Below are positions 21,401 through 26,300 of a stretch of DNA of 64,000 nucleotides, piece by piece. The stretch is taken from assembly GCA_963575745.1 (NCBI GenBank), contig CAUYUJ010000229.1, positions 1 to 64,000 of the forward strand, written 5' to 3'. The stretch is from Prorocentrum cordatum. Its lineage: Eukaryota. Each line of letters opens with the position of its first letter. Position 1 is the stretch's first letter. The notes under the pieces were generated by a model that had not been told where the DNA came from, did not search any database, and saw only the letters and a list, made by a program, of their open reading frames with translations. The position numbers and the translations under genes were made by a program.

Positions 21401-22730
21401 CGACGACGAGCCACCGCGCTTGATCCGAGACGAGCCGGCGCACATCAAGCAGAAGGAGGCGTACATGGCAGTGTATTGCCGCCTGGGCCGCGGTCAGGGG
21501 CAGGGCGCGGGCGCAGGTGCGACCGAGGTGGACGCAGCGCGTGAGGGGCAGGGCAGTGGCGGGAGTGGGCCGGGGGGCGGTGATGCGAGTGCGTCTGGTG
21601 GCGGCGGATGGGGCGGGGGTGGGGCTGTTGGTGGTGACGCCGACGGAGCGACGGAGCGCGAGGGGGGGAGTGGGGCGTCGGCGGCCCGAGGGAACGGGCG
21701 CGCGGGCGGCGTCGCTGGCGATCGGGCCGGGGCTTCGGCGTCTGTTGGGTCGAGGGGTGAGCCTACGTCCGGCGGTGGAGTTGGTGCAGGGCCAGGCCGT
21801 GGAGGACGCAGGGAGGGCGTTGTCTCGGTTGCCGCCGCCGAGCCGCGTTCCGCGAGCAGGCGCCTGCGGAGGAAGTGCGCGGTTTCGACGTCAGGGGAGG
21901 GGCGCGCCGTCGATGGTGATTGTGCGGCTGGGCGGCGAGCGGTCACGACGAAGGGCAGGGCTTCGGGCGCAGCCGAGTCAAGGGGCGCGGCAGGCGCCCG
22001 CGACTTGACCGCTGGGGTTGGCGGGGGGGCGGTGTCTCCGAGGGAGGGGGGGGTCTCTGGCTCGCCTGGTGGCGCCGCTCCGCGTTCCGCCGCGCGGCGG
22101 GCACGGGAAAAGACGGCGACGCCTCGCTCGGATGCAGGGGCGGCGGGTGGCGCGGCGGGCGCGGCTGGAGTCAGGGATGTCGGCGGGGAGCGCGACGTCG
22201 CTGGGCCAGGGCGCGTCCGAGGTGCTCGAGGGTCCGGGGGGGCGCGCGCGGGCGGCGGGGGTCTAGGTGGCGATGTGGCGTGCGCGAGTGTCGCGGGGGG
22301 GAAAGATGCGGCAGCGGTGGAGACGGTGCGGGTTTCAGCGTCGGGGAAACGAAAGGTGGAGCCTCGGTCAGAGGCGGAGGTCCCGCGGAGGAGCTCGGCG
22401 CGTTTGGCGGCGCGAGCTGCGCCCGGCCCCGTCGCGGTCGAGGAGGGGGCTGCCGCGGGCGAGGGCGCGTATATACGGGGGGGGGTGCTGGTGCGCCCGA
22501 GGCGCGCGGAGCCGTCTGGACCGTCGAGTGGCGGCGGCGCCGCGCGAGTGGTGACAGGTTTCGGCGCGGGAAGGATCGAGAACTTGGCTGCGTTCCAGCG
22601 CAGCCGCGATTTGGGGGATGCGACGCGCGCGTCGCAGCGGGTCTCGGAGGGGGCCCGAGGGAGGTGCGTGGATATGCAGGGGAATGAGCTGGATCCGTCT
22701 GCGGGGTCCGCCTGGCATGCGGGTCGATAG
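2856..22730 (+). CDS. 6624-aa Rep-helicase polyprotein: 2x papain-like module, DUF4116, aGPT-Pplase-like domain, split CW finger, DUF6570-like region, HUH Rep, PIF1 helicase, Ulp1-like domain, EEP nuclease, USP protease
   Basis: 19.9 kb with no stop codon and many recognisable motifs in Helitron order. The annotated start is TTG and the first in-frame ATG is at 3009. Confidence 0.93.
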   Translation: MVTGVGLGSVAAVASVPAPSVRGAERAPLLGGSVEWEDRLRESLRAEHDVFMEEVVDDSAWEAAKREQKAHRKACRALLRRSRCARREAEWARRTEAAAARNEEMAVRVPLRVVPRSLPRDGSPRARDELPRRARVSRAALGGRRSARLQQFLNARAARAVDSVSTPRVALPSLEARVSALSVGEVALIAALVFAALGLFPPRPQVLSGGRAVTRAMARARMWKERESFWRDVDAPSDAAPSAAKVWVAKWFYCGLRGLSARRCGGRRVCARRFSPGIGIRAARARAGRGADECVGGAAWRASQRAGQCVGDAALRVACVFAAVGGVSCDVCSRVGRLGAAGGVGASRAWRRRLRRGVASGRLGVVDAGDRLGPWRNKCLQLSVARCGGTGARAQAECFFELQCANDSGAGACGDAAEKANFALVQDWLESRGAMVRVYGADGADALLRGVCCAVWVLGCPCGHDFGSVVWYPEGHVAAVVDSDDRLGARVRVGDADAAPWLRSVAGAPKAGMGGVNPDAAGMKRPRRDFASAVGSPGGSSRSDAVFMAPSLGGPQRGDGDVERLLPADEVSKSSSSAGVSGVPPVVPASAAPTVSAHLDDAAASFASPVVPDDGVRDSVGQKCACDGTSPHCKFGQMVLGSGGHAGRKCGNRVSMKGDWCGKCNGRCHGGQRGGAVGCVADIASASDAVLNRGAAWESLPQHLRMDRGVVLRVVGARGGALASVPIEFRDDVEVVLAAVRSDDFAWASVSERLRLDPRVVEEVAGQLAETADEVSHDDWTVLPQFASVLVRSMGPLAAAVTSQHVRDKERMCVLRHLCPADSLVKGLVAPGGIRFASPSLAERQCLQFLAEKYKLKPEFVHFKCVWLLHIAVAITGIAPASVPIHGPSDAAGGESDGFVLGSLYQPCLLKRFERGVSNGRITPLGTFARKRGQFAAGLHSPVPDLSPTTLAHRVAALFPNGSLASEDAFRVWVFYDLVFRFFADIAGFEAFLEVTGGLLRDIDAWARRARLVLAECPCPAYFWGSTNDGRREFPMDLVRRRVEEIGWCMSWQGVSDADEPIARVLAFVAFLGDWAVGARRIAAGVMRLQSSRTDLHAIAEDIALDFCLPGFAHAGECRKFEYYWPKFPFSDLVLYFQVSRASRASGRFLLGQRKVQALEAVTFNGRGGRLPLVAFDMEPSLGLYKKLRDLDSDLLRSDALPIRECWVGPRCVDPALLTAYDPQVTNCMLWKHDVCVWKPPNQRFLGVSRDVDAFYRFWRKTYRVERQNVSAPRGVQDPLLPPPVPVSSPSVPVPSPSSAGAAWCLRVQDSATAGRLSVVDYGSVFVGLPRKCFPLCIAASGGSAWNIADATAFFAERLSNDVGTGMGGGVVEKANMDLVLLWLQMRSAGYWVFRAKASSDFFSGAVAGPWWLGAPGAACVGALLWLEHGHVVRIVDDDGVFLSASFSAGVSSAESADAPWLRSVAGAPKKKAAAKSKRGAHFRGAQNPISMAAVAARQRRATGEDGAPSSSGEDMPVIPGVTVDDADSGDAAGASVLRRPAAAAATHGRASGDESDSGEDMPMLPGVTVEEDDAGAARARSDAVAPQAAAARRALRGAASAAAPPSDSDGEEMPVLPGVTVDVGGADDGASDGSGPAARPRGARRARRKRGAADGALASEAESRQFQPDYVDEDRCKGLTWGGGWGREQCRFRPKTGSDVCGKCARYGCPHGRVRGPIPAGALDKFKEFALKANKPSKQWYARHAMWDVASKMKPELKSLCEVDEHKRFVLTNSEYEQCLKQVHDNLRIHKNHGRSGFVYEKGAGVRTLQDRCGEGTTRFGSERESYNGQQGGKVFMWYSRAVFNKYLGQLQASEMDCSEKDCVEALRLTSEEIRRYPMKQQYLRPYAGPQCYPHIDPRSKENRLHANERMGHALGEDPQGGGDGGARPEACGGADDGASHLFCMRNWAQCDRCHCWRLLLPACAARARGDEYYRVRDTDLDWEGWLTGAAHRCAAAAGASRDQGAALGGGGGDAVEGAMQQGGGADEGGGGGEMRGGARKRRLGRKTSEAEAAEPVAVRGGARKRRLGRKTSEAEAAASGAGRRGAEEGRAGEGGAEVPEARRGRRRLERKTSAEEGAEAGGAVRGAVDEEGGGDETFVGMAELSASDCDDERSASDHECASEEDAAPLPREVRSALDAELVRFAGAGPPTEADWAEARAAEEGRGSAPRRAGLSRTGGGDARAWAVASVPHLKDKRMVALVGAVREYLVLCRQCDRGSFRIQGSDGDKLWVALMEPGRPGQFGRVLLELEDRARGRGPSAERSSWEAIAVEEDFRRRSEWPRVRFECSMLQTPVVSESGGTQWRAVRCCDEPDGGDADDFQALWQRESRVAAGFAANVVRDDDVVVLPVERPAGWTEPAHMAGAWWRGQGPRERRAEEGENPGRVWVGQLQEDAGVAGLLPEGGAGERTAKEGLDALQQAGQGARGAGRAGRGRGRRAKKRGRYGNDLRAVIRTRWAPGRSSEGAGPGVAESFVFGSAPESEHWEIRVEARLRERCGGRVDQRARVAAGDVHQKCMLLALKTVPLRVAKYDVQLRDASVRAVQAAQAILTRMVKFTCHECQERFPAFHPAFEPPDQLADEMLLLRRGGDGLAACSTEVAEWDEVPPSDPPDGFALECAGVCMRCRRDLDKQAAAAPTEDDLYQVVGLRTAQNHMDPCFRFPSDDLRDLFDQATLTESLLIALDHMQVHLATVSRTGLRKFRKNIISFPQDVAGFARRHELMKGYRVGDRVNSVRGPGERPDDPHRPERIAAGGTDEERQRFGVDVYGRLVFPGRVAEVLLSGEVIIDYDHGGRGRELQENVEPRVMLPWHPRKVPFSLMLRRNVGFGKEVVEGLHVRWRYCGHLLRALCAFAGTCGPWRLGGTANEPMHKYYDPRLFDVLPDDDIIRCYAPKESDDGAVLSGDEAGEAEGPGPVTRAEAIARDTVPCGVDVVTPRQFIAAGFDVHFVGPRDEAQRGARVRDGDGAQRGDEGGQDAAGDGGAMEADEDQFDVGDGDEAMAVDHDVFSAWLEKAQFRYGGAVQRWWAGLQPEAEGHLEGLKFGDDETTEDLFGRLLDAARGESKVVAVQRDRVPVECVCVDFLVHWMGPRVGGPFSDPGGGVTPEAVLDDVMLELAMAGRFVGAAQDKDTGCVEENLPEFDEDEVVARTGERMIYGWPGQSDDPIPARSVGRFARAFPLEFPMGIGDLFEDRPRRVSVQEWVQHLMRYRTGQFVGGPRGQRVMWAMVNVLLLNEARAKGFGVYRTMYRRAGLAVQGPSVMTKGGLRQILESEDRVRILVGQLANVGRDVPSTTMHWSYESKKLQSTVKHLSWHPPWVEGPLADGAEHVGRRFLREMDLPAGNGRTQRRRPLVPDVVGLGRHPSIWWTQNPFYNAAFDIQRMGGGRGARAAGERALGDWVGDGREERFRFARDNPDLVAYMMALRVELNMRMVMPAVLPHSEQFKYMAMARAECGAGGNLHYHGFSVGLPGPEVARVRADVDGEGDMLPPSVTSDLAACLPSLEAGPMAWPPQEQKRRAAALAVLERVLRAAAGRPGARASRGRGGEDTAASGSGSEDGADDDDEDEFVGRADALLDALVDRGWLVIVDVDEGARGRGGDRDVAFERVGREISAPVDALGESPVEDGEGGDGAEDAGAGWPGPAGVRLQRLTGAGADFGVLKPEHENVSLQSVLEKRFYEFFGHVVSEWNPCYDDAGACRYTWDDEVGAFDVDVEMEDQAAAETSEARAVRSVPASAPECLNLRKVLDEAFQSEAAGTLDVQPVRRMVSALVNRVARHTKHGMGPPKLGVHACARGKEGCVFCRYDFPRERWGRVGPRPFRMEKGRREGHWQAVFPRNDRLCNSYEEHVLLANMGNIDWRPVLNLWAVVEYVTKYATKAPKGSRKIKEVLDDAVNEVCAYVPDGEGTDFLRRSIQKFFARMLGERDYHCYEVALLGLRLPMVLSMMPVVTLNTTGARALKPASALRDKSEDEPVHWDSKVDKFDKRLELVRRQRARGDGSITEEEVRDVSLFEFYWKYAVYRGKLRRGNPAVCLQVTPGYSAECANVEHACHEAYARANVIAHWRHMATADRRAMIGAEMRRDVRPVPEVCIGATDFVPHAGGDRFLGVQDLWFKSGGAAWRGREDRFWGDMLMEMLTDPMLRQWVPAWVVEQYERANPFYKEVLGAILEAGGVRTNRELLRRTRREMVRRHRARQQGRDAGAGDAAGDVGGQESDGGSREGDAGRESDAAESGEDVEELVDRLAQNAEDDPNEEPRDIVLRDPRPGEGVEGAAGAGEVSEWDRRPADERVSAAGPAVQAADVRVGDVAREDVRGRVRVNPKDFNWLDEPCNVSTGEKRRLEELRDVWYGKANVGDGAEVVLREDLDPWQKFAHDIVMDGRHSEKDPLRLMVTGVAGTGKSRTVRSFVAARRQRARQTAPRTRMDRVPGLRGGMREGRRSQSEIDEEVRNCCLLAAPTGCASFQLKYGATTLHRAFGVPVGYCGPWKQKGGERFLRTRGRLRQAKLFVLDEMSMIGRQMLGKIEYKVQDTLGTDAKFAARGGGGKGGKGRKMEEEKPVYLGGKDVVLAGDPQQAPPIGDDPLYRMGKYEGHGKNKPRGAERTPDDAWSTEKLVATGQFVRNTFQDVAVLRRVHRWSGKKEGLSAERQAEYRRDADRFLEVTKGMAQCTWDQSDHAWLRRRNRSVLQMTKEGREELAAFETAPLLMDGRKDRASGACGADRVNLERLYQVAAASGKPIASLRAYHNWKDKSKSRPEEMAADDFRGIENELHMCEGARVLLTQNLWVEAGLMNGAMGTLRGYMWPDGADPHNSARPDLQAPICVFVEFDDVDLGKDENGEPRSFFKNDPVRKNWVPIWRQTVSSTTEDGLARENYPLQLAWALTHWKAQGMTLAKVRVHMSAKTAAVAGIGFVATTRVRHPWDLVFEEDLPEYADFMRARHTTAFRERRRFELRLEARASSTLRKYGYCEADLWTAEERCAAGRLLGRLETVRAAQAERLRGLNRVVDDDTWLWGEDGAPCVSALAEAVDAEAGGDDVARRRLTAVADRLLDRKRVRGVTLEEREAARELAGGDAEDFSGVDTVEELRGRLRAAAARLSRERPDDDGVELLGRVADMMVDRWVACGRWDGRVFDVVEPSLGPLHMSAVKEAMGALVPPRLHGSLDKAARKMKDAFGDVRGGCALRMDKWVVNVRSEGALAEGRLERQALEFFLKVARQLCSGLDLPMTVASAKVGEHVGAEENPEHFARVAHNWTSVWDASCVSDKKELLMVAAVDALSVSGVPQDWIFVRVQAGRAGEALGRAESLTVCVYDRGRREAVAGRIARNIDALLRPIQASDGRRPPPVVEFGEAPHVRVPSQRIAGALGLLLGHVGRGAGARVLDASAESFVPDVCRALRGAFASFRAGVGARGARDVMELLLSDQECRDALDLFGVAPRADVSGPSAAGAGRAMAGVVGRAVDEAGEGEGLEGASTLSFATWNIAGGHRAAVAPHSWTARDQRAAVLGEVLRWRQARGCDVVALQECEGGGAYEELSGEFQLAGVAQAHESRGYVHLYVRHGLRAESVAVPGQDPCVLCRVQVPGDGGAGGDGHVHVAAVHLPTDASWERRRAILGKIVAKCGDECHRLLIVGDMNSTDAQVQAAVEQLRLRDAWYEGRSWGCPGNKFYSGLGERGAVGQRRDRVLFGADLWSEVHLVGKGKVFFEGSEFHMSDHYGLFGYVRAHACFGSREQKMRAVAQRARVVLQATRDQSQRLEGVEVQSRLQRGREAAALARQQAQERDREAYLRTQQRAAGRRQRRREQAISAAFGPQSLFALGRPVPPPPSPCPPPPPPCPADMYVPNVAGIRAASWDSVRCVPVRGMPRPWHTCYVVSVTQLMLRTPAVLEWLRWHSEQQCEDRGTGRCCVCGMWETYNQLCSRRWQQGPVSVLRRTSVDCDDDVMGRPSEFNDPWQQQDVFAYWGKLMVAARDAEMLAGRFAQREPDSIRAVNLRVTCVDQMFGFVVEKREKCDVCNYETVAYEAEDVLKLRVHGRPGGPLMLQELYCDFCAPEDIEKSCPGCCRDEHDRVKHVRQTRATGVPQVLVVQLRRGSEAREAVWVEEQLRLPGLPQMQLVGVVYHNGRSVNCGHYTTLCRVHDGRYFMFDDDEPPRLIRDEPAHIKQKEAYMAVYCRLGRGQGQGAGAGATEVDAAREGQGSGGSGPGGGDASASGGGGWGGGGAVGGDADGATEREGGSGASAARGNGRAGGVAGDRAGASASVGSRGEPTSGGGVGAGPGRGGRREGVVSVAAAEPRSASRRLRRKCAVSTSGEGRAVDGDCAAGRRAVTTKGRASGAAESRGAAGARDLTAGVGGGAVSPREGGVSGSPGGAAPRSAARRAREKTATPRSDAGAAGGAAGAAGVRDVGGERDVAGPGRVRGARGSGGARAGGGGLGGDVACASVAGGKDAAAVETVRVSASGKRKVEPRSEAEVPRRSSARLAARAAPGPVAVEEGAAAGEGAYIRGGVLVRPRRAEPSGPSSGGGAARVVTGFGAGRIENLAAFQRSRDLGDATRASQRVSEGARGRCVDMQGNELDPSAGSAWHAGR
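3936..4385 (+). other. Duplicated module copy 1: GRLxVVD...KC...EKAN...W..GHV...APWLRSVAGAPK (putative papain-like protease plus cleavage motif)
   Basis: Aligns with copy 2. Cys codon at 3990 and His codon at 4281. Confidence 0.55.
4920..5147 (+). other. DUF4116-type helical repeats
   Basis: AWESLPQHLRMDRGVVLRVV / ALASVPIEFRDDVEVVLAAV / AWASVSERLRLDPRVV: 25-aa periodic pattern typical of DUF4116. Confidence 0.75.
5550..6650 (+). other. Globular domain resembling the aGPT-Pplase1 / 5-hmdU-DNA-kinase helical (HhH-glycosylase-related) family
   Basis: Ordered motifs LVFRFF, LPGF...FSDLVLY, TFNGRGGRLPL and LTAYDPQVTNCMLWKH parallel the family's FR/KxFN, DLxY, GPGAxxGL and DxQxxxCExxKY motifs (comparison from memory). 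Confidence 0.45.
6798..7265 (+). other. Duplicated module copy 2 (putative papain-like protease plus APWLRSVAGAPK motif)
   Basis: Cys codon at 6852 and His codon at 7146. The terminal motif is identical to copy 1 at the protein level. Confidence 0.55.
7881..8015 (+). other. Cys/His-rich putative zinc-binding motif RCxxxxWGGGxGxxQC...CxxC...HGRVxGPIP
   Basis: Motif read from the translation; family not assigned. Confidence 0.5.
8697..9923 (+). other. CW-type zinc finger apparently split by a ~370-aa insertion
   Basis: WAQCDRCHCWRLL (8700-8738) and FECSML...CDEPD (9837-9923) match the two halves of zf-CW. Confidence 0.5.
10647..14830 (+). other. Helitron Rep region: CxxC...CxxC finger, DUF6570-like segment, Helitron_like_N, HUH and Y2 motifs
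   Basis: FTCHECQERFP...CMRC; TLTESLLIA...KNIISFPQDV; AFPLEFPMG; GRHPSIWWT (motif I); NLHYHG at 13350-13367 (HUH); YVTKYATK at 14586-14609. Confidence 0.9.
16071..17760 (+). other. PIF1-family SF1B helicase domain
   Basis: GVAGTGKS (16155-16178), LAAPTG, TTLHR, LDEMSM, GDPQQAPP, GARVLLTQN, YPLQLAWALTHWKAQGMTL, FVATTRV. Confidence 0.96.
18555..19090 (+). other. Degenerate Ulp1/SENP (C48)-like fold, apparently lacking the catalytic His and Cys
   Basis: LAEGRLERQALEFFL, KELLMV...QDWIFV and VCVYDR parallel the C48 WLxDxxIxF, HWxL and IxxYDS motifs. Confidence 0.35.
19395..20135 (+). other. EEP (APE/TDP2-like) endonuclease/phosphodiesterase domain
   Basis: FATWNIAG, DVVALQE, AVHL, IVGDMN, RDAW, RDRVL, SDHYGL. 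Confidence 0.9.
20550..21482 (+). other. Ubiquitin-specific protease (peptidase C19) domain
   Basis: Cys box GMPRPWHTCYVVSVTQ (Cys at 20577), QQQD, CxxC/CxxC finger, His box HNGRSVNCGHY (His at 21351), FDD, AYMAVY. Confidence 0.88.
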
Positions 22731-22857
22731 GGCGGGGGGTGCGGTGGGAGCTGGGTGTTGAGGGGGGAAGAGTGGGGAAGCAAGACGGGGGGGGAGAGCG
22801 GGTAAATCAGGGCAAGGCTGTGCTGCGAGGTTCGGCTCCTCCCCCCTCAAGTCTTTT

Positions 22858-22958
22858 CTCTCCGCTGGCGCTCCGTGAGGGCGAAGTGGCTGGAGCGGAG
22901 GGAGGGCTGGCCCCGTAGTGGGGCGGTGCCTCCCCCCTCCGGAGCGCCAGCGAGGAGG
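22858..22958 (+). repeat. GC-rich nested hairpin island, copy 1 of 9 (others at ~23113, 26138, 28165, 30973, 32880, 35629, 36895, 37520)
   Basis: Consensus core of the copies is GCGCTCCGCGAGGGCGGAGTGGTTGGAGTGGAGGGAGGGCCGGCCCCAAAATGGGGCGGTGCCTCCCCCCTCCGGAGCGC; it has self-complementary ends. Confidence 0.85.
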
Positions 22959-23218
22959 GGGGTGCGCGTGGATGAAGGGCTGGAACTCTTTGTGGCGGTG
23001 GCGCCGATCAAGTGGTGGATGGTTCCGAAGGGATCGATGATTGGAGGGGCCTGGGGAGGGTCTCGGGTATGCCGGGAAATGAGTTGGATCCGTCGGCGTG
23101 GTTGTCGGAGTTCGCGAGGGCGGAGTGGTTGGAGTGGAGGGGCGGCCGGCCCCGAAATGGTGCGGCGCCTTCCCCCTCCGGAGCGCCGGAAGGGGGTGTG
23201 GTGGGTGGGGGGGGGGCT

Positions 23219-23348
23219 CTGTGTGCCTGTCTGTGTGTCTGTGTGTCTATGTCTCTATGTGTCTATGTGTCTGTGTGTCTGTGTGTCTGTGTGTCTGTGT
23301 TTTTGCGTCTGTGTGTCTGCGTGTCAGTGTGTCAGTGTGTCTGTGTAT

Positions 23349-23391
<43 letters not shown>

Positions 23392-26300
23392 TGTGTGTCT
23401 GTCTGTCTGGGTGTTTGTGTGTCTGTGTGCCTGTGTGTCTATGGTCAGGAGGAAAAAAGCACAGACGCAATTAATCGTCGCTTCCATAGAATATATGGGA
23501 AAATATGGGGAGTGGGATGGAAGACAAAAGCACAGAAAATATGGGAACATATGGGGATTTGTTTAATTTGTGTGTATTCATTTGTGTGTCCTGGGGCCCC
23601 TTCATTTTTGCCTGCGTGTCTGTGTGTCCTTGTGTCTGCGTGTCTGTGTGTTGTTGTGTCTGCGTGTCTGCGTGTCTGTGTGTCCGCGTGTCTGTGTGTC
23701 CGTGTGTCTTGTGTGTCTGTGTGTCTGTGTGTCTGTGACTCTGGTGCTCTGTGTGTCTGTGTGCTTGAGTGTCTGTGTCTCTGTGTGTCTGTGTATTTGT
23801 GTGTCTGTATGTCTGCGTGTCTGCGTGTCTGTGTGTCTTCGTGTCTGTGTGTCTGTGTGTCCGTGTGTCTGTGTGTCTGTGTGTCTGTGTGTCTGTGTGT
23901 CTGTTTGTGTGTGTGTCTGTGTGTCTGTGTCTGTGTGTCTGTGTGTCTGTGTGTCTGTGTGTCTGTGTGTCGGTGTGTCTGTGTGTCTGTGACTGTGTGT
24001 CTGAGTGTCCGTGTGTATTTTGTGTCTGTATGGCCGTGTGTCTGTCTGTCTGTGTGTGTGGTTGTCTGTGTGTCCGTGTGTCCGTGTGTCCGTGTGTCTG
24101 TGTGTCTATGTGTCTGTCTGTCTCTCTGTATGTCTGTCTGTCTGTTTGTCTGTCTGTGTGTCTGTGTGTCAGTGTGTCTGTGTGTCTGTGTGTCTGTGTG
24201 TCTGTGTGCCTGTGTTTCTGTCTTTCTGTCTTTCTGTGTGTCTGTGCGTCTGTGCTGCTGTGTGTCTGTGTGTTTGTGTGTCTGTGTGTCAGTGTGTCAG
24301 TGTGTCTGTGTGTCTGCGTGTCTCTGTGTCTGTGTTTCTGTGTGTCAGTGTGTCAGTGTGTCTGTGTCTCTGTGTGTCTGTGTGTCTGTGTGTCTGTGTG
24401 TCTGTGCGTCTGTGTGTCTGGGTGTCTGGGTGACCGTGTGTCTGTGTGTCTGTGTGTCTGTGTGTCTGTGTGTCTGTGTGTCTGTGTGTCTTGTTTTTTT
24501 TTTTTGCGTCCGTGTGTCTGTGTGTCAGTGTGGCAGTGTGTCCGTGTAACTTTTTGTCTGCGTGTCTGTGTGTCTGTCTGTCTGTGTGTCTGTGTGCCTG
24601 TGTGCTTTTGTGCCTGCGTGTCTGTGTGTCCCTTTGTCTGCGTGTCTGTGTGTGTTGGTGTTTCTGCGTGTCTGCGTGTGCTTGTGTGTCTGTGTGTCTG
24701 TGTGTCTGTGTGTCTGTGTGTCTGTGTGTCTGTGTGTCTGAGTGTCTGTGTGTCTGTGTGTCTGTGTGTCTGGTGCTGTGTGTGTCGGTGTTTTTGAGTG
24801 TCTGTGTGTCTGTGTGTGTGTATTTGTGTGTCTGTGTGTCTGCGTGTATGCGTGTCTTTTTGTCTGTGTGTCTGTGTGTCTGTGTGTCTGTGTGTCTGTG
24901 TGTCTGTGTGTCTATGTGTCTGTGTGCCTGTGTGTCTGTGTGTCCGTGTGTATGTGTGTCTGTGAGTCTGTGTGTCTGTGTATCTGTCTCTCTGTCTTTC
25001 TGTTTGTCTGTGTGTCTGTTTGTCCGTGTGTCTGTGTGCCTGAGTGTCCGTGTGTCTGTGTGTCTGTGTGTCTGTGTTTCTGTGGGTCTGTGTGTCCGTG
25101 TGTCTGTGTGTCTGTTTGTCTGTGTGTCCCTGTGCCTCTGTGTCAGTCTTCCTGTCATTCTTTGTGTCCTGTGTCTGTGTGTTTGTGTATCTGTGTGTCT
25201 GGTTGCTTGTGTGTCTGTGGGTCCGTGTGTCAGTGTGTCTGTGTGTCTGTGTTTCTGTGTGCCAGTGTGTCAATTTGTCAATTTGTCAGTGTGTCAGTGT
25301 GTCTGTGTGTCTGTGTGTCTATGTGTCTGTGTGTCTGGGTGTCTGGGTGTCAGTCTGGCAGTGTGTCCGTGTGTCTGTGTGCCTGTGTGTCTGTGTATCT
25401 GTGTGTCTGGTTGTCTGTGTGTCTGGGTGTCTGTGTGGTTGTGTGTCTGTGTGTCTGTGTGTGCGTGTGTCCGTGTGTCTGTGTGTCTGCATGTCCGTGT
25501 GTCCGTGTGTCCGTGTGTCTGTCTGTCTGTGTGTCTGTGTGTCTGTGTGTCTGTGTGTCTGTGTGTCTGTGTGTTTCTGTTTTGGTGTGTCTGTGTGTCT
25601 GTGTGTTGGTGTCTGTGTGTCCGTGTGTCCGTGTGTCTGTGTGTCTGTGTGTCTGTGTGTCTGTGTGTCTGTGTCTGTGTGTCTGTGTGTCCGTGTGTCT
25701 GTGTGTATGTGTGTGTGTCTGTCTGTCTGTGTGTCGGTGTGTCTGTGTGTCTGTGTGTCTGTGTCTGTGTGTCTGTATGTCCGTGTGTCTTTTGTGTCCG
25801 TGTGTCCGTGTGTCCGTGTCTGTGTGTCTGTATGTCTGTGTGCTTGTGTGTCTGTGTGTCTGTGTGTCTGAGTGTCTGCGTGTCTGGGTGTCTGTGTGTC
25901 TGTGTGACTGGTTGTCTGTGTCTCTGTGTATCCTTGTGTCTGCGCGTCTTTGTGTCTGTGTGTCTGCGTTTCAAAATGTCAGTATGTCTGTGTGTCTGTC
26001 TGTCTGTGGATCTGTCTGTGTGTCTGTCTTTCTGTGCGTGTGTGTGTGGGTGTCTGTCTGTGTGTCTGTGCGCGTGTATTTGCGTGTGTGTGTGTGTGTG
26101 CGCGTGTGTGTGTGTGTGTCAGTGTGTGTGTGTGTGCGCGTGGCGCTGGCATCCCCGCGCTGCCCCCCCCTCCCCTTTCCCGGGCGCTCCGCGAGGGCGG
26201 AGTGGTTGGAGTGGAGGGAGGGCCCGCCCTAAATTGGGGCGGTGCCTCCCCCCTCCGGAGCGTCTGCGTGTCTGTGTTTCTGCGTGTCTGTTTGTCTGTG

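Larger units (their letters stand above)
1449..22960 (+). mobile_element. Giant autonomous Helitron-superfamily rolling-circle transposon (Helentron/Helitron2-like); termini not firmly defined
   Basis: Rep HUH/Y2 motifs, PIF1 helicase motifs and a downstream EEP nuclease in one ORF. The boundaries are approximate. Confidence 0.88.

Noticed and set aside
8961..22490. xRGG motifs (MRGG, VRGG, LRGG, IRGG) as USP cleavage sites
   Set aside because: RGG is expected by chance in this Arg/Gly-rich protein, and the LRGG lies inside the helicase domain.
2856..22730. Endogenous virus or Polinton
   Set aside because: No capsid, polymerase, packaging ATPase or integrase motifs were seen; the Rep-PIF1 order is Helitron-like.
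3429..22850. Long antisense and alternate-frame ORFs (e.g. 11142-13364 minus, 15003-16748 minus)
   Set aside because: Shadow ORFs of a GC-rich coding strand with no recognisable motifs.
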